From positions 448,001-512,000 of the forward strand of contig CAWBVY010000004.1 of assembly GCA_963792415.1 (NCBI GenBank): 64,000 bases of DNA, in the 5' to 3' direction. The stretch's first letter is position 1; each line of letters starts with the position of its first letter. This DNA comes from Candidatus Deferrimicrobiaceae bacterium. GTDB taxonomy: Bacteria > Desulfobacterota > Deferrimicrobia > Deferrimicrobiales > Deferrimicrobiaceae. Position numbers and translations under genes: made by a program. Below are positions 7,778-16,593 of this stretch, piece by piece. Under the pieces are notes generated by a model. It worked only from the letters and a program-made list of their open reading frames with translations. It was not told where the DNA came from and searched no databases.

Positions 7778-10041
7778 GGCCCGGCCTCATGCGTGAGGGT
7801 TTCATCGACCAGCCGCAGCCGCGCCAGTTCGGCGATCAGTTTCCCGGCCCATCGGTAGATGTTGTAATCGCGGACGTTCGCGCGCATCCGCCGCATCCTG
7901 TCGAGCCTTTCCTCCGGCGGCATCCTGAGCGCAAGGCAGATGACGTCGGCCATCTGCTCGATGTCGTACGGGTTGACGATGAGGGCGTCCTTGAGTTCGC
8001 GGGAAGCCCCGGTGAACTGGCTCAGAATCAGCACCCCGTCCTCGTCGTCCCTGGCGGCGACGAATTCCTTGGCGACCAGGTTCATCCCGTCGTGCAGGGA
8101 AGTTACGAGGCAAAGGTCGGAAGTCTTGTACCAGGGATCGATCGCCTCGTGGGTGTGGTGCGCCTTCAGGAAAACGATCGGCTTCCACGTCTTCGTCTGG
8201 AAGCGCCAGTTGATCGCTTCGATCATTTCCTCGATCTCCGCCATCAGATCGCGGTACTTCTTGATGTGGGTGCGGCTGGGGGCTCCCAGTTCCACGAAGG
8301 TGAACCGCCCCAGGTATTCCGGGTACTTTTCGAAGAAACGCTCGATGGCCCGGAACCGTTCGGGGATCCCTTTCGTGTAGTCGATCCGGTCGACTCCCAC
8401 CCCGAGAAATTCCGCCTGGACCCCGGCCTCACGGAGAAGATCCTCCTTCGCCGGCCAATCTTCCGGAGAGACCGCGCCGAAGGATTCCTCGAAGTTGATG
8501 CTGATCGGAAACGGCTTGACCAGCGTCGTGTGGCCGGAGCGGGTGACCGAGAACTGCTCCCAGTCGATCTTCGATTCGAGGAACCGGTCGACCGTCTCCA
8601 GGAAGTTGTTGCAGTGGAACTGGATGTGGAACCCGATGATGTCCGAGCCGAGCATCCCCTGGAGGATCTCCTGGCGCCACGGGCAGATGCCGTACGCTTC
8701 CGGGTTCGGCCAGGGGATGTGCCAGAAGATGGCGACCTTCGCGTCGGGGCGCGCCTCCTTGATCAACAACGGGAGGAGGGCGAGATGGTAGTCCTGAACG
8801 AGGATCAGGGGGGATTCCTCCCCGGCGATCTCCTTCAGCAGGGCGTCGGCGAACTTCCTGTTCACCTCCCGGTAATGGATCCAGTCCTCCAGGCGGAAGT
8901 CGGGGCGGGTGTGGGTGATGTGGCAGAGCGGCCAGAGCCCCTCGTTCGAGAACCCGTAATAGTAGCCGTCCTCTTCCTCCTTGGTCAGCCAGACCCTCTT
9001 CAGGGTGTAGGCCGGGTCCCTGGGGGGTACACGGAGGGTGTCGTTTCCGTCGACCGTTTCGCGGTCCGCGTCGCCGGCTCCGTGCGCGATCCAGAGACCG
9101 TCGCAGACCCGCATCACGGGGTCGAGCGCGGTGATCATGCCGCCCGCGGGGACGATGCACCGGACCCCCGTGCTGTCCTTTTCGTGGATGTACGGCTCGC
9201 GGTTCGAGACGAGAACCAGTTTTTTCCCCTCGAGTTCCACCCCCATCTGTTCCTTCAGGCGTTGCGCCGTCCAGAGGTTTTCCGGTCGCACGTTCAGGAC
9301 GGAAGCCTCCTCGGCCCTTGCCCGCGCGACGGAGAGGCTCTTGGCCATGCGGTTCACTTCCGAGATCAGCGGATCGAGTGCCGCGTCCATCTTCGGGACG
9401 GAGGGCTTCATGGATTTTATTTTCCCCGTCCGCAGCTCCTTGATCCATCCCGCCATCTGGGCGATCGGCCCGGTGATGCTCCAGCGCACGACGATCAGGG
9501 TGATGCCGACGACCAGCACCGTGAGGATCAGGAAGCGGAAGAGGTTGTCTCTCAAGATCTCCGCGAGCCGGATGTCGATGTACGACGCGTCATGGAAGAG
9601 CGTCAGGACACCGATCGGCTTCTCTTCCTGGATGAGGGGAAACAAGTAGAGATAGATCCGCCGGTTTCCGATGTGGAGGAACGTGCCAGTCGGCTGGCGT
9701 TCGGCCAGGACGTGGACGACTTGCGGGAGGGACCCCTGTATCTGGGGATCGAAATCGGGGGTGGAGGCGAGGACGTGGCCGCTGGCGTCGTGCACCGCGA
9801 TCCCCTGGAACCGGTCGCGGTTGCTGAACCGCTGTACGAGGCGGTTCAATTTCCCGGAGGAATCCGACGCGATCAGCGGGGTGACGGACTCCTGGATACT
9901 TTCGGCCAGGATGATGGTCCGCCGCTCCAGTTCCGACGTCAGGCGGATCTTTTCCGTCCGCACCTGGTAGAACGAGAAGCCGACCGCAACCAGGCCGACG
10001 ACCAAAACCAGGGATACGACAAGCCGGAGGGTGATCTTCAA
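7774..10041 (-). CDS. otsA: Trehalose-6-phosphate synthase (GT20) with N-terminal TM-extracytoplasmic sensor-TM-HAMP-like extension
   Basis: VSNREPY, YYYGFSNEGLWPLCH, QDYHL, FWHIPWP, GVDRIDYTKGI, DGMNLVAKEF; TTG start overlaps the marR stop; about 250 extra N-terminal residues with two TM helices. Confidence 0.92.
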   Translation of the reverse strand: MKITLRLVVSLVLVVGLVAVGFSFYQVRTEKIRLTSELERRTIILAESIQESVTPLIASDSSGKLNRLVQRFSNRDRFQGIAVHDASGHVLASTPDFDPQIQGSLPQVVHVLAERQPTGTFLHIGNRRIYLYLFPLIQEEKPIGVLTLFHDASYIDIRLAEILRDNLFRFLILTVLVVGITLIVVRWSITGPIAQMAGWIKELRTGKIKSMKPSVPKMDAALDPLISEVNRMAKSLSVARARAEEASVLNVRPENLWTAQRLKEQMGVELEGKKLVLVSNREPYIHEKDSTGVRCIVPAGGMITALDPVMRVCDGLWIAHGAGDADRETVDGNDTLRVPPRDPAYTLKRVWLTKEEEDGYYYGFSNEGLWPLCHITHTRPDFRLEDWIHYREVNRKFADALLKEIAGEESPLILVQDYHLALLPLLIKEARPDAKVAIFWHIPWPNPEAYGICPWRQEILQGMLGSDIIGFHIQFHCNNFLETVDRFLESKIDWEQFSVTRSGHTTLVKPFPISINFEESFGAVSPEDWPAKEDLLREAGVQAEFLGVGVDRIDYTKGIPERFRAIERFFEKYPEYLGRFTFVELGAPSRTHIKKYRDLMAEIEEMIEAINWRFQTKTWKPIVFLKAHHTHEAIDPWYKTSDLCLVTSLHDGMNLVAKEFVAARDDEDGVLILSQFTGASRELKDALIVNPYDIEQMADVICLALRMPPEERLDRMRRMRANVRDYNIYRWAGKLIAELARLRLVDETLTHEAGP

Positions 10042-10613
10042 CCGCTTTCTCCGGTACGATCCGCCGGAGCGTCGATCTCCCCCACCGACGCGTTGACTTC
10101 CGGTGACAACAGGAGCGGGGGAGGCATCCCTTCCACGCCCAGGATGCCGACAAGCCGGCGCAACCCCTCGGAGGTGGTCTGCAGATCCTGGTCGGACAGA
10201 TCCTTCAGCCCCTTGAGGAGAAGCCCCTGCGCGATCTCGGGGACTTTCGCCACCGTCTCCCTTCCCTTCGCGGTCAAGGAGACCGTCACGACGCGGTGGT
10301 CCTGCCTGGATCTTCTCCGTGTAACCTGAGCGTGCTGTTCCAGGCGGTCCAGGATCCCGACCACCGTGGACGGGTGGAGGTACATCCGCCGGGCGAGGTC
10401 CGTAACCCGGATCGGCGCCGACTCCGCAAGCACTTTCATGGCCCACACCTGCGGCCCGGTCAGCCCTCCGACCTTTTCGGCGCGCTTGGAGTATCGATGG
10501 ACCACCTTGAACACGCGTCGGAGGTTGTCGAGAACGTCCGCAATCTCCCGATCCCTCTGTGGCCCCCGGGTCTCGACCATGCGGCGAACTCTCCTTGGAA
10601 AAGAATCAACCAT
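10038..10613 (-). CDS. MarR-family transcriptional regulator (start 10613 or 10580)
   Basis: GLTGPQVWAM, DLARRMYLHPSTVVGILDRLE, DHRVVTVSLTAKG winged-helix pattern. Confidence 0.92.
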   Translation of the reverse strand: MVDSFPRRVRRMVETRGPQRDREIADVLDNLRRVFKVVHRYSKRAEKVGGLTGPQVWAMKVLAESAPIRVTDLARRMYLHPSTVVGILDRLEQHAQVTRRRSRQDHRVVTVSLTAKGRETVAKVPEIAQGLLLKGLKDLSDQDLQTTSEGLRRLVGILGVEGMPPPLLLSPEVNASVGEIDAPADRTGESG

Positions 10614-10630
10614 GTTTTTCCTTGTCATTC

Positions 10631-10648
10631 TAACACAAATGATTTGTA
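10631..10648 (-). promoter_or_regulatory. Palindromic operator copy 1 (marR-otsA-otsB-DUF5752-treT promoter)
   Basis: TAACACAAATGATTTGTA with core ACAAAT-G-ATTTGT, directly downstream of a minus-strand -10-like TACCAT (10648-10653). Confidence 0.7.
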
Positions 10649-10676
10649 TGGTAAATAAATGCCGGGAGCCCTTGGA

Positions 10677-12425
10677 TCACGCTTCACCAGGCAGCTTCTC
10701 CCGTTTGTGCAGCACGACCTTCTGGTACCCTTCCAGGAGATCGCTCCGGCGGACCACGCCGATCAGTTTCCTCGTGTGGGGGTCGGAGACCACGGGAAGC
10801 TGGACGACGTTGCGGTAGGCGAACTTGTTCAGCGCGTCGAGCAGGCTCTCGCTCGGCATGACGGCCACCGGATCGAGCGTGGCCACGTCCTGGGCGCAGA
10901 CGAGGGGCCAGAGACTCTCATCCTTCAGGTGCGGCCGCAGGTCCGTCAAGGAAACCACCCCCGTCAGATCTCCGCTCTTGCCGGTGAGGTAAAGATAGTC
11001 GATCTTGCTGCTGAAAAAGTACGTGGCGAGGCTGCCGAGGGATTCCGACGGCGAGACCGTTTCGAAGTTTTCGCGCATCACGTCGCGGACCCGGACCTGT
11101 TTGAGGATGCCTTCCTCCCGACCCGCCACGAGGTCGATCCCCTTTTCGTGCAGTTTGTGCGTGTACAGGGAGAATCGGGAGAACTGGTGCGCCACGAGCA
11201 TCGCGTTGACCACGGCCACCAGCAGGGGCAGGATGATCGCGTAATTGCCGGCCATCTCGAACAGGATGAGTATGGACGTGATGGGTCCCCCGATGACCGG
11301 GGCGAGGAACGCGGCCATGCCGATGAGGGCATACCCGCCGATGAAACCGACCTGCCCCGGGAACCAGGCGTTCGCCACGGTTCCCACGAGGGCGCCGAGA
11401 ATCCCGCCGATGAAGATCGACGGCCCCAGGACGCCCCCCGATCCCCCGGACCCGAGGGAAAAGGTCGTTGCCACGATCTTCAGGTAGCCGATCAGGAGGA
11501 GCAGGAACCACGGGAACACGCCCTCGAATGCCGCATCGAGCGTTGTCGCATCCGTCCCGAGGACCTGGGGGAAAAAGACGGCGATCAACCCGGCCATCCC
11601 GCCCCCCACGGCGGCCCTGGCCCAAAGGGGGATCCGCGAGGAGGAGAAATATTTTTCCGCGGATTCGAGCCCGCGCATGAAAAAGGTGGCCGCGAGTCCG
11701 CAGAATGCGCCGAGGACGGCGCTGAGGACGAGATCCTGAAACCCCGCGAGGATGTAAGGGGGCACCTGGAAGATCAGGACGTTCCCCAGCAACAGCCTGG
11801 CGACGGCGGTGGAGATGACCGAAGCGATCACGATGGGAGCGAACGTGGCGGCCGAGAAATCCCCGAGGAGCACTTCCAGGCTGAAGAAGACCCCGCCGAT
11901 GGGGGCGTTGAAGACCGCCGCGATCCCGCCGGCGGCGCCGCACGCGACGAAGAGGCGCATGCGGCTCGCCGAAACCTTGAGGAACTGCCCGACGACCGAT
12001 CCGATCGCCGCCCCGATCTGGGCGATCGGGGCTTCCCGGCCCACGGAGCCGCCGGAGCCGATCGTGACCGCGGCCGTGAGGGTCCGCAGCCCCACCGTCC
12101 GGGGACGGATGATCCCGCCGTGCAACGCGATCGTTTCCACCGCGCTGGGGACGCCGTCCCCTTTGGCCTCCGTCGGGAACCGCTGGATGAGCGGACCGAT
12201 CAGGAGACCCCCCAGCAGCGGGAGGAGAAACACCAGGTAGTGGTTGCTCCCCATCGCCGGGAAGATCCCGGCGAAAAAGAACCTCTCGAAGAACCGGATG
12301 AGCAGGATGAACGCCACCGAGCCGAGGCCCGCCAGGGCCCCGATGAGCGTGGCCAGCAGGAGGTGGAACGACGCGTCGCCGACGTGGAACCGCTCGAGGG
12401 TCTTGTAGATGAACCGGCGCACCAT
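10677..12425 (-). CDS. CLC chloride channel / H+/Cl- antiporter with C-terminal CBS pair (ORF could extend to 12491)
   Basis: GDGVP, GGSVGREAPIAQIG, AAVFNAPIGG, GGSGGVLGPS motifs followed by two CBS domains. Confidence 0.93.
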   Translation of the reverse strand: MVRRFIYKTLERFHVGDASFHLLLATLIGALAGLGSVAFILLIRFFERFFFAGIFPAMGSNHYLVFLLPLLGGLLIGPLIQRFPTEAKGDGVPSAVETIALHGGIIRPRTVGLRTLTAAVTIGSGGSVGREAPIAQIGAAIGSVVGQFLKVSASRMRLFVACGAAGGIAAVFNAPIGGVFFSLEVLLGDFSAATFAPIVIASVISTAVARLLLGNVLIFQVPPYILAGFQDLVLSAVLGAFCGLAATFFMRGLESAEKYFSSSRIPLWARAAVGGGMAGLIAVFFPQVLGTDATTLDAAFEGVFPWFLLLLIGYLKIVATTFSLGSGGSGGVLGPSIFIGGILGALVGTVANAWFPGQVGFIGGYALIGMAAFLAPVIGGPITSILILFEMAGNYAIILPLLVAVVNAMLVAHQFSRFSLYTHKLHEKGIDLVAGREEGILKQVRVRDVMRENFETVSPSESLGSLATYFFSSKIDYLYLTGKSGDLTGVVSLTDLRPHLKDESLWPLVCAQDVATLDPVAVMPSESLLDALNKFAYRNVVQLPVVSDPHTRKLIGVVRRSDLLEGYQKVVLHKREKLPGEA

Positions 12426-12517
12426 CGCGGCGCCGGCGTGAAGGGATTCCGAGAGGCGGCCCCTCGACCAGGGGGGGGAAGTAAACGTCAAAGGGTCCTA
12501 CCCTTCGTTTATTTGCG

Positions 12518-12538
12518 ACACAAAATATTTGCATTATA
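12518..12538 (-). promoter_or_regulatory. Degenerate operator copy plus -10 box upstream of the CLC gene
   Basis: ACACAAAATATTTGCA (13/16 identical to copy 1) adjacent to minus-strand TATAAT (12533-12538). Confidence 0.5.
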
Positions 12539-12609
12539 AGCCACGATGGCCGGAACACGGAAGGTCGTTGACAGGCCGACCTTGCGAAAGGGACGGAAAA
12601 CGGAGGTCC

Positions 12610-13662
<1,053 letters not shown>

Positions 13663-13784
13663 CGTCCCCTCCCGTGCCGCTCGATGGTTTCCCGGAAATG
13701 GTATGGTCCGCGACGCTTTCCCGATGGTACAACAAAGGACGGGGGAAGGTTTCGGAAAACGGGGGGTGGAGGAGGCCGAGGCAC

Positions 13785-15059
13785 ATGGGGCTGTTCGAGA
13801 TTGCCGCTGTCCTGATCGTCCTCACCGCGCTCTTCAGCTATGTCAATTACCGTACCGTCGGGCTCCCCACGACCGTCGGCGTGATGGTCATCTCCATGCT
13901 GGTCTCGCTGGGGATCGCCGGGATGGGGGCGTTCGGCCTGGGGGCGGTCCAGAGGCAGTCGGCCGAGATCCTGGCGGGGATCGACTTCAACAAGACGCTT
14001 CTCCACGGGATGCTCTCCTTCCTGCTGTTCGCCGGGGCCCTCCACATCAAGCTGGACGAGCTGTTGGGGCAGAAGTGGGTGGTCGCGCTGCTGGCGACGG
14101 CGGGCGTGTTGTCCTCGACGTTCATCGTCGGGGGGCTCTCCTGGCTGCTCCTCACGGTCCTGGGAATACCGATCCCCTTCATCTACTGCCTGCTGTTCGG
14201 CGCCCTCATCTCGCCCACCGATCCGGTGGCCGTCCTCGGGATCCTGAAAACCGCAAGGATCCCGAAAAGCCTCGAAATCAAGATCGCCGGCGAGTCCCTC
14301 TTCAACGACGGGATCGGCGTGGTCGTTTTCGTGATCCTCCTGGAGCTCGCCGGGGGTGGGGTCGACGTCACGGCCCGGAGGGCCCTTTCCCTGTTCCTCA
14401 CGGAAACGGTGGGCGGCGCCGCGCTCGGCCTGCTCTTCGGTTTTCTGGCGTACCGGATGCTCAAGGGGGTCAACAACTACCAGGTCGAGGTGATCATCAC
14501 GCTGGCCCTCGTCATGGGGGGGTACACGCTGGCGGACAGCCTCCACACGTCGGGCCCGATCGCGATCGTCGTCGCGGGGCTCCTCATCGGGAACCACGGG
14601 CGGGCCTTCGCGATGTCCGACGTGACCCGCGAGCACCTCGACGCGTTCTGGGAGCTGGTCGACGAGATCCTGAACGCCCTGCTCTTCCTGCTGATCGGAC
14701 TGGAGATCCAGGTGATCCCGTTCAACCGGGCGTACGTCATCGCCGGGATCGCGGGGATCGGTATCGCCCTGCTGGCGCGGTGGGGCAGCGTCGGGCTGAC
14801 GGTCGGCGCGCTGCGTCCGTTCCGAACCTTCAGCCCCGGAGCGGTCCGGATCCTGACGTGGGGGGGCTTGCGCGGAGGCATTTCCGTGGCGCTGGCGCTC
14901 TCCCTGCCCGCCAGCCCGCAGCGGGGCGTCATCCTGGTCATGACCTACATCGTGGTGGTGTTTTCGATCATCGTCCAGGGGCTGTCGCTGGGAAAGCTCG
15001 TGAAGCGGATCTATCCGGATGGAGGTTCCACCCGGGTGCCGCCGCTTCCTGGAGGCTGA
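13785..15059 (+). CDS. Na+/H+ antiporter, CPA1 (NhaP) family
   Basis: [38 protein letters not shown]; about 12 TM helices; GGAGG RBS. Confidence 0.93.
   Translation: MGLFEIAAVLIVLTALFSYVNYRTVGLPTTVGVMVISMLVSLGIAGMGAFGLGAVQRQSAEILAGIDFNKTLLHGMLSFLLFAGALHIKLDELLGQKWVVALLATAGVLSSTFIVGGLSWLLLTVLGIPIPFIYCLLFGALISPTDPVAVLGILKTARIPKSLEIKIAGESLFNDGIGVVVFVILLELAGGGVDVTARRALSLFLTETVGGAALGLLFGFLAYRMLKGVNNYQVEVIITLALVMGGYTLADSLHTSGPIAIVVAGLLIGNHGRAFAMSDVTREHLDAFWELVDEILNALLFLLIGLEIQVIPFNRAYVIAGIAGIGIALLARWGSVGLTVGALRPFRTFSPGAVRILTWGGLRGGISVALALSLPASPQRGVILVMTYIVVVFSIIVQGLSLGKLVKRIYPDGGSTRVPPLPGG
14975..15016 (+). repeat. 42-bp direct repeat, copy 1 (3' end of the antiporter gene)
   Basis: CCAGGGGCTGTCGCTGGGAAAGCTCGTGAAGCGGATCTATCC; 40/42 identical to 16552-16593. 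Confidence 0.85.
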
Positions 15060-15062
15060 CAC

Positions 15063-16376
15063 ATGAATAAAATCAAACAACTCTGGAGCCAGCTGCGTTC
15101 GAGCCTGTGGTTTCTTCCTTCGCTGATGGTCGCAGTCAGCGCTGTGCTCGCCGTGGTTCTGATCGAAGCGGACTCTTTCGCGAGCGACCAGTGGCTGATC
15201 CGGTGGCCGCGCCTCTTTGGGGCCGGGGCGGAAGGCGCGCGCGGGATGCTCTCCACGATTGCCGGTTCGATGATGTCGGTCGTGGGCGTCACGTTTTCGA
15301 TGACCTTGGTGGCCCTGGCGCTGGCGTCGAGCCAATACTCCTCGCGCGTCCTGCGCAACTTCATGGGCAGCCGCGTCACGCAGGGGGTTCTCGGGATCTT
15401 CGCCGGAATTTTCACGTATTGCCTGATCGTGCTGCGCACCATTCGAAGCGGCAACGAAGCGGAATTTGTTCCGAACCTGGCGGTGTTCTTCGGCTTCGTG
15501 CTGGCGCTCGGAGGCGTTGGCGTCCTCATTTTCTTCGTTCATCACATCGCCTCTTCGATCCAGGCTTCCAGCATCCTCTTCGCGGTCGCCCAGGAAACGC
15601 TCGAGACCATTGACCGGATTTTTCCCGAAAAACTTGGAGCAGGGCCGGGTGAAATCGATGAGGAGCCGGTGCTCCGGTCCGTGGCGGAGAGGAACTGGCG
15701 CGTCATCCCGGCCAGGGAGACCGGCTACATCCAGAGCGTGGACAACGCCGGGCTCCTGCGCGTGGCGCGGGACAGGAAGACCATCGTGCGGATGGAACGC
15801 GGCATCGGCGAGTTCGTCGTCCAGGACACCGCGCTTGCCTCGCTCGCTCTGGAGGACCCGCCGGATCCGGGGACGATCGCCGCCCTGCAGGCGTCGTTCA
15901 GCATCAGCCGCTACCGGACAATGGAACAGGACGCGGCCTTCGGCATCCGGCAGATCGTGGATGTGGCGTTGAAGGCACTCTCGCCCGGCATCAACGACAC
16001 GACGACGGCCGTGATGTGCGTGGACTATCTGTCGGCGATTCTGGCGCGGCTTGCGCCCCGGCAAGTCCCCTCATCGCGCCGCTACGAGGAAGGGGAACTG
16101 AGGGTGATGGCGATCGGCCCGACGTTTGCCAGCCTGCTGGCCGAAGGGTTCGACCAGATTCGAGGCAGCGCCAAAGGGAATCTCGCCATCATGTCGCGGA
16201 TGCTCGACTCCCTTCAAACCCTTGCCGGGTTGACGGCCAGCGCACCCCGCCGGCGGGCGCTCCGCGAACAGGTGGAATGTATCGCCGAGCTGGCCGGGCG
16301 CACCGTCGAGTCCGCCCACGACCGTGCGAGGATCGACACGCAGCTGGCGCGCGTTCGCGAAGCGGTCGAAGCCTAG
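15063..16376 (+). CDS. DUF2254 predicted membrane protein
   Basis: SLWFLP, ARGMLSTIAGSM, ALASSQYSSR, RTMEQDAAFGIRQIVDVALKALSPGINDTTTA. Confidence 0.88.
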   Translation: MNKIKQLWSQLRSSLWFLPSLMVAVSAVLAVVLIEADSFASDQWLIRWPRLFGAGAEGARGMLSTIAGSMMSVVGVTFSMTLVALALASSQYSSRVLRNFMGSRVTQGVLGIFAGIFTYCLIVLRTIRSGNEAEFVPNLAVFFGFVLALGGVGVLIFFVHHIASSIQASSILFAVAQETLETIDRIFPEKLGAGPGEIDEEPVLRSVAERNWRVIPARETGYIQSVDNAGLLRVARDRKTIVRMERGIGEFVVQDTALASLALEDPPDPGTIAALQASFSISRYRTMEQDAAFGIRQIVDVALKALSPGINDTTTAVMCVDYLSAILARLAPRQVPSSRRYEEGELRVMAIGPTFASLLAEGFDQIRGSAKGNLAIMSRMLDSLQTLAGLTASAPRRRALREQVECIAELAGRTVESAHDRARIDTQLARVREAVEA

Positions 16377-16411
16377 CCCGCCTTGGTCGTGGAGGAAGGG
16401 AAGGAATCGCC

Positions 16412-16477
16412 TTGCCCGGACATGTCAGGGTTTTCCGCAACCGCGAACTGGCAGAGGCGAGGCAATGGTTGAGCGAA
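16412..16477 (+). pseudogene. Possible C-terminal remnant of a SpoIIAA-like (STAS/SEC14) gene
   Basis: LPGHVRVFRNRELAEARQWLSE resembles the C-terminus of that family; no intact start or stop. Confidence 0.4.
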
Positions 16478-16551
16478 CAGGAAGGAGCGGGCAGCAGCCT
16501 GCGCGGGGGTTGGTTGCATGGAGTTGAAAAAAGCGTCCCGGTCATCCGGGA

Positions 16552-16593
16552 CCAGGGGCTGTCGCCGCGAAAGCTCGTGAAGCGGATCTATCC
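16552..16593 (+). repeat. 42-bp direct repeat, copy 2
   Basis: CCAGGGGCTGTCGCCGCGAAAGCTCGTGAAGCGGATCTATCC followed by C-TGA (KRIYP-stop). Confidence 0.85.

Noticed and set aside
15045-15065. Antiporter ending PGG-TGA as a Sec site
   Set aside because: The next gene starts 3 nt later, there is no hairpin, and the tail appears to derive from the insertion.
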